From: an uncultured virus (IMG/VR IMGVR_UViG_3300021478_000018)
Lineage: Duplodnaviria > Heunggongvirae > Uroviricota > Caudoviricetes
Length of the DNA: 64,000 bases
Reading direction: 5' to 3' (one strand)
Virus record (IMG/VR): IMGVR_UViG_3300021478_000018
This document shows positions 46,758 to 56,014 of this stretch, piece after piece; positions within the stretch are counted from its first letter, which is position 1; each line of letters opens with the position of its first letter. A program made the translations under genes and the position numbers. A model generated the notes under the pieces. It was not told where the DNA came from and did no database searches. It was given only the letters and a program-made list of their open reading frames with translations.

Positions 46758-47336
46758 ATGAAAGATTACGCACCGCACGAACTAATTACTGCCCAAGTGG
46801 AGAATTTCCGCGAGTGGTGGAACGAATTAACCCCGGCGCAGCGGCCTCCCGGCTTAGATATGGAAGCGGTCTTTATCCATATCGTCGAGAAGACCGTCCT
46901 TCCCGAAGTCTCTTACCGCCTCGATCAGGTCATCTACTACGATCAGGGCACTTATCCCGAACCGAGTCTAATCGCTTCCCTCCCTTACCGGAAGTATCCG
47001 GAGAAGCCGGAGTCGGCTTGGAACTCGCTCCGGCTCTATTTTACGCTTCACCCGCCTTTCGGGACCCGGAAAGCCTGGAAGATTACCGCGAACCTCCCGG
47101 AGCTACAAGGGCTCTTAAAACGGTTCCGGCTCGAATTCGACCCGATCGCCGTAACCGAAGCGATCGAGAAGACGACCCGGATTCCTTTCCTTAACGGGAA
47201 CGGGAAACGTTACCGGCCTTACCGGACGGAAGCGGAGGCGACGGCGGCGGTCGGAAAAATCCTCCTTAAGCTCGGGCTCGTTAAGCCGCTCCGAGGTATC
47301 GACGAGATGCACGAGATCTCGGCCTGGGACGCGTAA
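46758..47336 (+). CDS. hypothetical protein with C-terminal ETMH-type tag
   Basis: Start moved to 46758, after GAAATGTA at 46739; ends GIDEMHEISAWDA. Confidence 0.75.
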   Translation: MKDYAPHELITAQVENFREWWNELTPAQRPPGLDMEAVFIHIVEKTVLPEVSYRLDQVIYYDQGTYPEPSLIASLPYRKYPEKPESAWNSLRLYFTLHPPFGTRKAWKITANLPELQGLLKRFRLEFDPIAVTEAIEKTTRIPFLNGNGKRYRPYRTEAEATAAVGKILLKLGLVKPLRGIDEMHEISAWDA

Positions 47337-47379
47337 AGAAACCGACCGCGAAATGTACCGAACTTCTAACCCTCGAAAT

Positions 47380-48837
47380 ATGTCTACTACTATCCCTAAA
47401 GCCTTAGTCGTTATCGCCAGCCACGGCGATAAGAACCTCTCCTACCTAAAACGGATTATCGAAACCTACCGGAATATGCGGTCGGTCGAGGTCTCGGTAA
47501 CCGTTCTTTCGAACGAGCCGAAAGATCTCGGCCCGGGGGTAAAGGTCGTCGTCGAAGTCCCGAGTAAACGCCCCTTCGCCCTAACTTTCCTCCATAAGCC
47601 TCTCCTCGCCGAGGAGGCCGAGAACTACGATCTCTTTATCTATTCGGAAGACGATATCGAGATTACCGAGCGGAATATTAACGCCTTCCTTAAGGCGACT
47701 CCGCTCTTAAAGTCGGACGAGATCGCCGGGTTCTTCCGGTACGAGATCGGTCCCGACGGGATCTACTCGTATCCCGACGTCCTCTCCTACTACCATTGGA
47801 AACCGGAAACCGTCCGGAAATCGGGGCCCTATACGGTCGCCGAGTTCTCGAACGAGCACTCCGCCTGTTACCTCCTAACGAAGCTTCAGTTCCGGCTCGC
47901 CCTCGCTTCCGACGGGTTTATCCGGCCTATGTACGAGGAAGGGTACGATCTTGCCTGTACGGCGGCGACCGACCCGTATACCTCGTGCGGCTTTCGAAAA
48001 GTTCTTCTAATCTCCGAGTTCGACGATTTCCTCGTCCGCCATCTTCCCGACCGTTACGTCGCCGAAGGGGTCGGTTTAAGCGACCCGCTTTTCCGGGAGC
48101 AGATCGCGACCTTAAACGCGATCCGGGCCGGGGATCTCCCGACTTCGCGGCTTCTCGATACCGAGACCCGAATCTATCATCGCCGTTGGTCGAAATCCTA
48201 TTACGAGAAGCCGAGCGAAGTCCTTCTTAATGCGGTTCCGGGCGACGCGAAGACGGTTCTCTCGATCGGGGCCGGATCCGGCGAGATCGAGTCGCTCCTC
48301 GCCGAGCGCGGGCTCGCCGTTACGGCGTTACCGCTCGACTCGGTAATCGGGGCGGCGGCGGAAAAGCGGGGGATCGAGGTTATTTACGGGACCCTTAACG
48401 AAGGGCTCGTCGCCTTACGCGGGTATACCTTCGATACCGTTCTCGTCCCCAACCTTCTCCATCTCCTTCCGGAGCCGCTCGAATTTATCGACCGGGTCGC
48501 GAAACTCGTCGCGCCGGGCGGAACGCTCCTCGTCGCCGGGGTTAACCTCGACTTTTTACCGCTCGCGTTACGGCGGCTTAAGAACCCGAGCTATTACCGG
48601 GGGATCGATTCTTACGAGAAGAGCGGAATTAATATTTTCCGGACTTCGGAGATTATCGACCGGATTAAGGAGAACGGGTTAGCCGTCGTCTCGCTCGCCC
48701 GGCTTAACGGCGACCGCCGACCGAGGAAAGCGCTCCGGTTCGCGGCCTCGAATTATCTTCTCGCGGCGAAAGCCCGGCCCGCCGTTCTCTTAAACCACGA
48801 GACCTTTTCGGTCGAACGAAAGACCGTACAATTATGA
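47380..48837 (+). CDS. GT-like N-terminal domain fused to class I SAM methyltransferase
   Basis: YDLFIYSEDD in the N-terminal part; VLSIGAGSG, FDTVL, LHLL..P, LVAPGG in the C-terminal part. Confidence 0.75.
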   Translation: MSTTIPKALVVIASHGDKNLSYLKRIIETYRNMRSVEVSVTVLSNEPKDLGPGVKVVVEVPSKRPFALTFLHKPLLAEEAENYDLFIYSEDDIEITERNINAFLKATPLLKSDEIAGFFRYEIGPDGIYSYPDVLSYYHWKPETVRKSGPYTVAEFSNEHSACYLLTKLQFRLALASDGFIRPMYEEGYDLACTAATDPYTSCGFRKVLLISEFDDFLVRHLPDRYVAEGVGLSDPLFREQIATLNAIRAGDLPTSRLLDTETRIYHRRWSKSYYEKPSEVLLNAVPGDAKTVLSIGAGSGEIESLLAERGLAVTALPLDSVIGAAAEKRGIEVIYGTLNEGLVALRGYTFDTVLVPNLLHLLPEPLEFIDRVAKLVAPGGTLLVAGVNLDFLPLALRRLKNPSYYRGIDSYEKSGINIFRTSEIIDRIKENGLAVVSLARLNGDRRPRKALRFAASNYLLAAKARPAVLLNHETFSVERKTVQL

Positions 48838-49790
48838 CCTGGCATCCTAGTCTCTTCGTCCGGCGGCCTAAAGTAAGTATTGGGCTTCCGATTTATAACG
48901 GGGAAAAATATCTCTCCGCCTCGCTTATCTCCCTTCTCGATCAGAGCTTTACCGATTTCGAAATCGTTATCTCGGATAACGCGAGTACCGACCGGAGCGC
49001 GGAAATCGTTCGCGAGTTCGCGAAGAGCGATCCCCGGATCCGTTACTACCGGAACGAGACGAATATTGGCCTTACCCCGAATCATAACCGGGTCTTCGAA
49101 CTCTCGTCCGGCGAGTTCTTTAAGTGGGCGTCGCACGACGACGTCTATCCCCGGGAGATGCTCCAGCGGTACGTCGAGGTCTTAGAGAAAGCTCCGCCGA
49201 CGGTCGCGCTCGTCTATAGCGAGTTCCGGATTATCGACGAGTTCGGTAACCGTTCGGAGATCCTTTCGGACGCGATCGAAAAAAGAGACGCTCCGCCCCA
49301 TTTACGCCTTAAACAAGTTCTCACTAAGATGGGGCATTATAGCGGGGTCTACGCCCTTATCCGTTCGGCGACCCTTCGGAAGACCCGTCTCCACGGCCCC
49401 TTCCCGGATTCCGATAAGGTAATGATCGCGGAGCTGGCTATGCTGGGGGAGATCCGCTTAATTAAGGAGCCGCTCTTTTTTCTCCGGGAACATCCTGGGC
49501 GCTCGACCCGGGCCTTAAAAACGCCCGAGGCCCGGAGAGCGTGGATGGCTCCGGCGGAAGCGAAAAAGTCGACTTTCCTTTCGATCTTATGGAAGAGCGA
49601 TCTCGAAGTCGTCCGTTCGGCGTTCCGTTTACCGATTCCGGCGGGCGATAAGATCCGCTGCCTCGCGGTTGCGATGGGTTGTCCGGTCTGGCGCCGGATC
49701 TTAAAGTGGACGTTCCCGGTCCGGAAACGGTTCGGGTTAGCGCCGAGCGTATGGCGAAATGAGAAGAAGGAACTAGGAAAATCATGTTAA
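48834..49790 (+). CDS. GT2 glycosyltransferase
   Basis: VSIGLPIYNGEKYL, ISDNASTD, FFKWASHDD. Confidence 0.95.
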   Translation: MTWHPSLFVRRPKVSIGLPIYNGEKYLSASLISLLDQSFTDFEIVISDNASTDRSAEIVREFAKSDPRIRYYRNETNIGLTPNHNRVFELSSGEFFKWASHDDVYPREMLQRYVEVLEKAPPTVALVYSEFRIIDEFGNRSEILSDAIEKRDAPPHLRLKQVLTKMGHYSGVYALIRSATLRKTRLHGPFPDSDKVMIAELAMLGEIRLIKEPLFFLREHPGRSTRALKTPEARRAWMAPAEAKKSTFLSILWKSDLEVVRSAFRLPIPAGDKIRCLAVAMGCPVWRRILKWTFPVRKRFGLAPSVWRNEKKELGKSC

Positions 49791-50773
49791 TCACTTTAGC
49801 GATTACGAAGAACTATGCGATGCCGCTCGCGACGACTCTTCGTTCGATTACCGAAACGAACCGAAGCTTGGGACCGGTCGAATTCTGGGTTCTGCACGAC
49901 GGGTTAAGCGAGCCGCTTAAGAAACGGGTCTTCGATTCCTTACCCGAGGGGTCGGCGAAGATTACCTGGGTTCCGGTCGAAGCGGAGGTTCTCGCCGATC
50001 TCCCCTTAGGAGTCCCGCGTTCTCTCCGCTCGTCGGGCGAAAAACCGAGTTACCTCGCGAAAATGGCCTATGCCCGGCTCCTAATCCCGAGAATTTTTCC
50101 CGAGACCGTCTCCCGAGTTCTCTACCTCGACTCCGACGTTCTCGCCCTAGAGGATTTAAGCTCGCTCTTCGAAACGGATCTAAGGGGAGCCGCCGCCGGA
50201 GCCGTCCCCGATATCCGTCTCCACTCCGCTTACATCGCGAAAGGGGTCGACCCGAAAAGCGGGCGGATCGAGTTTATGTCGGAGATCGGGTACCCCGAAT
50301 TTAGTCCCGATCTACCTTCGGTCCCGGTCTACTTTAATTCCGGGGTCCTCCTAATCGATCTTAAACGGTGGCGGGAGGAGGAGATCTCCGAAAAGGCGTT
50401 CGCCTACCTCCGGGCTCATCCCGGAACCCCTTTCCACGATCAAGACGCCCTTAACGCCGCCCTCGACGGACGATGGATCGAATTAGAGCCCCGTTGGAAC
50501 TCGCAGGATCATTACGCGAAACTCCGGAGCGAGGAACGAAACGGTATCCTCCACTTCGTTACGAAAGCGAAGCCCTGGTTAGCGGAGGCCCGGAGCGCGA
50601 ACGCCGCGCTTTACGATAGCTTCCGGAGCCGGACCCGGTTTCCCCGGACTTTCCTCGACCGGTTACGAGATTCCCTCGTTCGGTTTAAGACCGGCGTTAA
50701 TAACGTTCGAAAACGCGGTTTTCGCCGGAAAAGAAACTATCCTACAGCGGTTATAACTCCGGAAAAATCTTAA
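49784..50773 (+). CDS. GT8 glycosyltransferase
   Basis: YARLLIP, VLYLDSD, YFNSGVLLIDL, DQDALN, ILHF...KPW. Confidence 0.95.
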   Translation: MLITLAITKNYAMPLATTLRSITETNRSLGPVEFWVLHDGLSEPLKKRVFDSLPEGSAKITWVPVEAEVLADLPLGVPRSLRSSGEKPSYLAKMAYARLLIPRIFPETVSRVLYLDSDVLALEDLSSLFETDLRGAAAGAVPDIRLHSAYIAKGVDPKSGRIEFMSEIGYPEFSPDLPSVPVYFNSGVLLIDLKRWREEEISEKAFAYLRAHPGTPFHDQDALNAALDGRWIELEPRWNSQDHYAKLRSEERNGILHFVTKAKPWLAEARSANAALYDSFRSRTRFPRTFLDRLRDSLVRFKTGVNNVRKRGFRRKRNYPTAVITPEKS

Positions 50774-50778
50774 AAATT

Positions 50779-51741
50779 ATGGTCTCGATTATTATTGTTA
50801 GTTGGAACGCGAAGGCTTATTTATTAAAGCTTCTCGCTTCCTTAGCGAACGAAACTTATCCCCGGGAAATTATCGTCGTCGATAACGATTCCTCCGACGG
50901 TTCTCCCGAGGCGGTCGCTCGCGACTACCCGGAAGTTAAGTTAATCCGTTCGCCGGAAAACCTCGGCTTCTCGAAAGCGAATAACCTCGGGATTAAAGCC
51001 GCGACCGGCGACTATCTCGCCTTCGTTAATAACGACGTCGAGGTCTTTCCGGGGACGATCCCTACTCTCGTCGCCTTCTCCGAGGCTCGTCCGCGAGTCG
51101 GGGTCGCCGGGCCCGCGCTCTTCGGCGGGACGGGCGGGCTTACGAAGTCCTACTGGGGGTTTCCGACTCTCCGGAACCGGTTCGCCCGGGCTTTCGCGCT
51201 CGATAAGTTCTTCCCGACGAAAGCTTTTAGCGGCCATTCTACCTACGGCGCGAAAGACTCCTTTAAACCGGTCGACGTCCTCCAGGGGTCCTTCCTCCTC
51301 GTTAAACGGGCCGCGTTAGAGACGGTCGGACCCTGGGACGAGGGGTTCTTTATCTACGGGGAAGATGTCGACTGGTGCCGGAGGTTCTGGGATGGAGGGT
51401 GGGAGGTTATGTTCGTCGCCTCGGCCCGCTCTATCCATTACGGCGGAAGTAGCTCGGCGAACGCCCCGATCCGGTTCTATATCGAGAAAGCGAAAGCCGA
51501 CCTCCAGTACTGGCTTAAACACGAGAGCCCTCTCCGGGTCCGGGGTTACCGTTTAATCTCCCTCCTCCACGAGTTCGTCCGGATTTTCGGGTTCTCGCTT
51601 TTAGCGCCGGTTAAACCTTCGGCGAAGTTTAAAGCGAAACGGGCGTTCGCGGCCTTTAGATGGCTACTGAGCGGGGAAAGTTCGAAAGAAAAACTAATCG
51701 GGAAGCCGACCGTCCCGATCCAATTTGAAGCTAAAAAATAA
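50779..51741 (+). CDS. GT2 glycosyltransferase (WbbL-like)
   Basis: SIIIVSWN, VVDNDSSDGS, NLGFSKANN, DEGFFIYGEDVDWC. Confidence 0.95.
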   Translation: MVSIIIVSWNAKAYLLKLLASLANETYPREIIVVDNDSSDGSPEAVARDYPEVKLIRSPENLGFSKANNLGIKAATGDYLAFVNNDVEVFPGTIPTLVAFSEARPRVGVAGPALFGGTGGLTKSYWGFPTLRNRFARAFALDKFFPTKAFSGHSTYGAKDSFKPVDVLQGSFLLVKRAALETVGPWDEGFFIYGEDVDWCRRFWDGGWEVMFVASARSIHYGGSSSANAPIRFYIEKAKADLQYWLKHESPLRVRGYRLISLLHEFVRIFGFSLLAPVKPSAKFKAKRAFAAFRWLLSGESSKEKLIGKPTVPIQFEAKK

Positions 51742-51769
51742 TAAAATCGAAACTTGAAATAAAGAAGCT

Positions 51770-52675
51770 ATGAATCGTAAATATGTTCTCCTAACCGCCG
51801 CGAAAGACGAAGAAAAGTATATCGAAGAGGTCCTTAAGGCCGTCGTCGCGCAAACTATTCTCCCGGTCGCCTGGTTTATCGTCGACGACGGTTCGACCGA
51901 CCGGACGGCCTCGATCGTTAAGCGTTACGCCGCCGTCTACCCCTTCATCGTTCTCCAATCGGAAGAAGCCCGGAAAGGCCGGAGCTTCGGGTCCCAGTAT
52001 AAAGCGATTAACGCGGCCTACGATCTCGCGAAAGGGTTCGAATTCGAATTTCTCGGGGTCGTCGACGCCGATCAGGCCCCTCAGTCGCCGACCTATTACG
52101 AGGAGATCTTTAGCGAGTTCGACCGGAATCCCCGGTTAGGAATGGCTTCCGGGTTTATCTACGAGCGGGCGAACGGGGAGAGCGGGGAGTGGCGGAACCG
52201 TCCGGGTAACTCGCGGGATTCGACTTGCGCGAGCGCGGTCTTCCGGAGGGCTTGCTACGAGAAGATCGGCGGTTATCGTCCGCTCGTCTACGGCGGTTCG
52301 GACGCCCTAGCGCAGATCGACGCGAAACGGCTCGGGTTCGAGATCTTTACCCGGCCCGACCTCGTTATCTACCATTACCGCCCGACGTCGAGCGCGGGAG
52401 GGATCTGGAAAGGGTTATTCCGGGGCGGGATGATGGACGCCTCGTTCGGGACCCTCTTTATTTTCGAAGTCCTAAAATGCCTCCGCCGGTTAAAGGCCCG
52501 GCCCCGGATCCTCGGGAGCGCGGTTCGTTTCGGGGGGTATCTCTACTGGCGGCTATCGGGCCGGGCCCCGCTCTTAAGCGCGGAGCAGGTCGACTTCCTC
52601 CGTAAAGATCAACTCTCGAAAATCCGTTCCGGGACGGCCCGGGTTAAGGGCGTCCGGACCGTTTCCGAGATTTAA
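51770..52675 (+). CDS. GT2 glycosyltransferase
   Basis: AKDEEKYI, IVDDGSTD, VVDAD, FRRACYEKIGGY. Confidence 0.9.
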   Translation: MNRKYVLLTAAKDEEKYIEEVLKAVVAQTILPVAWFIVDDGSTDRTASIVKRYAAVYPFIVLQSEEARKGRSFGSQYKAINAAYDLAKGFEFEFLGVVDADQAPQSPTYYEEIFSEFDRNPRLGMASGFIYERANGESGEWRNRPGNSRDSTCASAVFRRACYEKIGGYRPLVYGGSDALAQIDAKRLGFEIFTRPDLVIYHYRPTSSAGGIWKGLFRGGMMDASFGTLFIFEVLKCLRRLKARPRILGSAVRFGGYLYWRLSGRAPLLSAEQVDFLRKDQLSKIRSGTARVKGVRTVSEI

Positions 52676-52702
52676 AGACGGCGGGAAATGTAGGACCTAC
52701 TT

Positions 52703-54133
52703 ATGGACGACGCCTCCTCTTCCTCCGCTCTATTACTTCAAGACGCGACGAACGTTAACGGGTTCGCGGGGGTCGTCCTCGCGATAATGGTTCTACTTAC
52801 CCTCGGATTACCCCGGCGGTTCGCTTTAAGCCCGCTCCTAATCGTAATCGGGCTAATGCCCCTCGGTCAGCAGATCGTTCTCGGCGGCTTACACTTTACC
52901 CTCGTCCGGATCCTCCTCGTTTCTGGGATTATCCGGATCTTCGCCCGGCGGGAGACCGCCGCGATCGTCTGGACGAAGACCGATTCGCTAATGATCTGGT
53001 GGACGGTCGTAACGATCGTCTTCGGGTCGATGCTTTTCGGGTTAGGCGGCTCGCCCGCCGGAGGCGAGTCGATAGCGGCTCTCTTTGTAAACCGGTCGGG
53101 AGACGTCTTTAACGCGGCGATGGGGTACTTCTTCGTCCGGGCCGTCGTCCGCGATTACGCCGACGCGCTTACCGGGATCCGGACGCTCGCGGTCGTCTCC
53201 GTCCCGATCGCGATCCTAATGGTTATCGAGAAGGCGACCGCTCATAACTTTCTTTCCGTCTTCGGCGGGATCCCGGAAATTACCCAGATGCGCGAAGGCC
53301 ACCTCCGGGGGCAGGGCGCTTTTAGGCATCCGATCCTCGCCGGAACCTTCGGGGCGACCGCGACCCCGCTCTTTATCGCGCTCGGGTTTTGCCGGAAGAA
53401 GGACCGCTTCCTTAGCGTTATCGGGACGATCTCCGGCCTCGTTATTACCTACGAGGCGACGTCGAGCGGAGCCTTAATCGCGCTCGCCGGAGGGGTCGGA
53501 GGGCTCTTCATGTGGTATCATCGGAGTAAGCTTTCCCTCGTTCGCCGTTCCTCGGTCGTTATCGTTCTCGTCCTCTCCGTCGTAATGCAAGCGCCCGTCT
53601 GGTACGTTATCGCGAAGGCGAGTAACTTCTCCGGCGGCGGACAGGGGTGGCATCGCGCCTACCTAATCGATCAGGCGGTCGGGCATTTTAACGAGTGGTT
53701 CCTATTCGGGACGACCTATACGGCCCATTGGGGCCCGGCGGGCCAGGTTATCGCGGCGAACCCGAACATGATGGATATTACGAACCATTACGTCGAGGAA
53801 GGGGTAAAAGGCGGGCTCCTAAAGCTTTTCTTCTTCGTCGCCCTAATCGTCTCCTCGTTCCGGCGGATCGGCGAGATCCTCCGGAGTCTCGCCCTTCCCC
53901 GGGGACCGGCGGCCTTTTTCGTCTGGACGCTAGGGGTCTCCCTCTTTGGACATTGCCTCTCGTTCTTTTCGATTACCTACTTCGATCAACTGATAATCGT
54001 CTGGTTCTGGTTGATAGCGGTAATTTCCTCTATCCCGATTACCACCCCATCCTTTGTACAACCTCTAAGAATACATCCTAATGAAACGCGTAAAACTCCT
54101 CCTCGCCCTACTTTTAGTGTCGTTCGTCCCTAG
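52703..54133 (+). CDS. Wzy polymerase / O-antigen-ligase-like membrane protein
   Basis: Multi-TM protein with RGQGAFRHPILAG, TSSGA and periplasmic DITNHY motif, inside the GT cluster. Confidence 0.75.
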   Translation: MDDASSSSALLLQDATNVNGFAGVVLAIMVLLTLGLPRRFALSPLLIVIGLMPLGQQIVLGGLHFTLVRILLVSGIIRIFARRETAAIVWTKTDSLMIWWTVVTIVFGSMLFGLGGSPAGGESIAALFVNRSGDVFNAAMGYFFVRAVVRDYADALTGIRTLAVVSVPIAILMVIEKATAHNFLSVFGGIPEITQMREGHLRGQGAFRHPILAGTFGATATPLFIALGFCRKKDRFLSVIGTISGLVITYEATSSGALIALAGGVGGLFMWYHRSKLSLVRRSSVVIVLVLSVVMQAPVWYVIAKASNFSGGGQGWHRAYLIDQAVGHFNEWFLFGTTYTAHWGPAGQVIAANPNMMDITNHYVEEGVKGGLLKLFFFVALIVSSFRRIGEILRSLALPRGPAAFFVWTLGVSLFGHCLSFFSITYFDQLIIVWFWLIAVISSIPITTPSFVQPLRIHPNETRKTPPRPTFSVVRP

Positions 54134-55739
54134 CGTTTTCGCGGCGACTTACTACGTCGCGAAGAACGGGAGCGACTCGAATAACGGAAGCTCCGGGTCG
54201 CCCTTCGCGACGATTAGTAAAGCCGCTTCGGTCGCCGCTCCCGGCGATACCGTAAATATCGCCGCCGGAACCTATTCCGGTAACGTCTCTCTTTCTAAAA
54301 AGGCGAGCGCCGATAGTCCGATCGTTTTCGCGGGGACGGGTCAACCGGTGATCAATGGTCAGTTGAACGTTCCGGGCTCTTATATTACCGTTTCGGGGGT
54401 TACCGTCTCGCCCCCGGGGTCGACGAACGAGGCCGTACATGTGGGGGGCAGTTATAACACTCTTCTTAAAGTAACCGTTACCAATTACCCGGCGACCGCT
54501 CAACAACAGACCGCCGCTTTTACGACCGCCGGATCTTTTATTAAGATCGATCAGTACCAGATCCTTAACATAAACGATATCGACGGGTTCCATATCTGGG
54601 GTCACGACATTACGATTAGTAACGGGCTCGTTAAAGGCCTAAACCAGGTCGACTACGCCCATAATCATACCGATTGGGTGCAAGTATGGGGGCTAAGTTC
54701 CTCGGACCAGAGCTACAACGTCCTCCTCCTTAATAACGAGGTCCGGGACTCGACTTGCCAGCTCGGGAATACCGAGAATAACGCGAACCCGAATCTGCAC
54801 GATTGGACGTTCGCGAATAATATTTTTAACAATATCAGTAACGCCTTCTTCTCCGGGATCCCGAAGACCTACTGGTATAATAATATTTTCGATCACGTCG
54901 GCGATAATCAGAGTTGCGCCCTCTTCTTTTACGGGAGCGCTCCGAAGTACGATAGCGCGGGCTTCAAGGTCATCAATAACGTCTTCCGTAGCAATAAGAA
55001 GGATATCGGCTTTAATAACGAGTCGAGTTCCGCCGGGACGGTAACGAATAACTATTTTGGGACGGCGAGTAACGGAGCGATTAGTAGTAGCGCCTTCATG
55101 GGGAGCGCCTACGTTAACGGCGGCGATCCGAAGTTCGTCTCCGCTCCGTCCAATTATCGCGTTCAGAGCGGGAGCGTCCTAATCGGGAAAGGAAGCTCCT
55201 CGGCGACCCCGCCGAACGTCGATAAGGACGGGAAATCGCGGACGAACCCCTGGGATATTGGGCCGTACGCCTTCGCCGGAGGTCCCGTTCCTTCTCCGAC
55301 TCCGCCCCCCGAACCGACCCCAACTCCGGCTTCGAAATTTAACGTCGGCGACTCGGTTACTAATCCGGCGAAGCTGGTTAACGTTCGCGATACGCCCGCC
55401 GGTAACGTCGTCGGGTCGCACGACGCGGGAGCTATGATCGGGGTAGTAAAGGAGGGGCCGACGGTCGCGAATCTTAACGGAGCGCCGGTAAATTGGTACA
55501 ATATCAATATTACGACTCCGGTCGGAGCGACGGACGGGTGGATAGGGGACGATAACCTCGAAATCTATTCCGGCGGCGGGCCGACTCCTACTCCGACTCC
55601 TACGCCCGGCCCGACTCCGACGCCCGCGCCGACTCCTACTCCGACTCCTACGCCCGGCCCGACTCCGACTTATAACGCGTGGCAGACGGACCTAAATAAG
55701 TGGATCGACGCGAACCCGCCCTATCCGGATAAGAATTAG
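54081..55739 (+). CDS. secreted right-handed beta-helix (pectate-lyase-like) protein with Pro-Thr linkers
   Basis: Signal peptide ending VFA-A, YYVAKNGSDSNNGS..PFATI, GDTV, WDIGPY, PTPTP repeats. Confidence 0.85.
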   Translation: MKRVKLLLALLLVSFVPSVFAATYYVAKNGSDSNNGSSGSPFATISKAASVAAPGDTVNIAAGTYSGNVSLSKKASADSPIVFAGTGQPVINGQLNVPGSYITVSGVTVSPPGSTNEAVHVGGSYNTLLKVTVTNYPATAQQQTAAFTTAGSFIKIDQYQILNINDIDGFHIWGHDITISNGLVKGLNQVDYAHNHTDWVQVWGLSSSDQSYNVLLLNNEVRDSTCQLGNTENNANPNLHDWTFANNIFNNISNAFFSGIPKTYWYNNIFDHVGDNQSCALFFYGSAPKYDSAGFKVINNVFRSNKKDIGFNNESSSAGTVTNNYFGTASNGAISSSAFMGSAYVNGGDPKFVSAPSNYRVQSGSVLIGKGSSSATPPNVDKDGKSRTNPWDIGPYAFAGGPVPSPTPPPEPTPTPASKFNVGDSVTNPAKLVNVRDTPAGNVVGSHDAGAMIGVVKEGPTVANLNGAPVNWYNINITTPVGATDGWIGDDNLEIYSGGGPTPTPTPTPGPTPTPAPTPTPTPTPGPTPTYNAWQTDLNKWIDANPPYPDKN

Positions 55740-55933
55740 GGTTCTAAGGAATCTTTAAGGCTAGCGATCACATCCGACATATCGGGGACCGAAAGCCTTT
55801 TAAACCAGTCGACGATATCCTCCTCTTCCCGGAGATCCGGGGAGAGGTCGGCGATCGCGTCTTCGAGAGTGCCCGCTTCCTCGTGCTTCGCGAGGAGGGC
55901 GTTCGCGTAATCGATTTGTTTCTGGGTGGGCAT
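55736..55933 (-). CDS. small hypothetical protein
   Basis: MPTQKQIDYANALL...; GGAG upstream. Confidence 0.55.
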   Translation of the reverse strand: MPTQKQIDYANALLAKHEEAGTLEDAIADLSPDLREEEDIVDWFKRLSVPDMSDVIASLKDSLEP

Positions 55934-56014
55934 AGTCTCCGCTCCCGTTCTCTCTCTTTTGTATAACGAAAAATAGTTGAATAGCGAAATGTCGAATAGT
56001 GAATAGCGAAAAAT

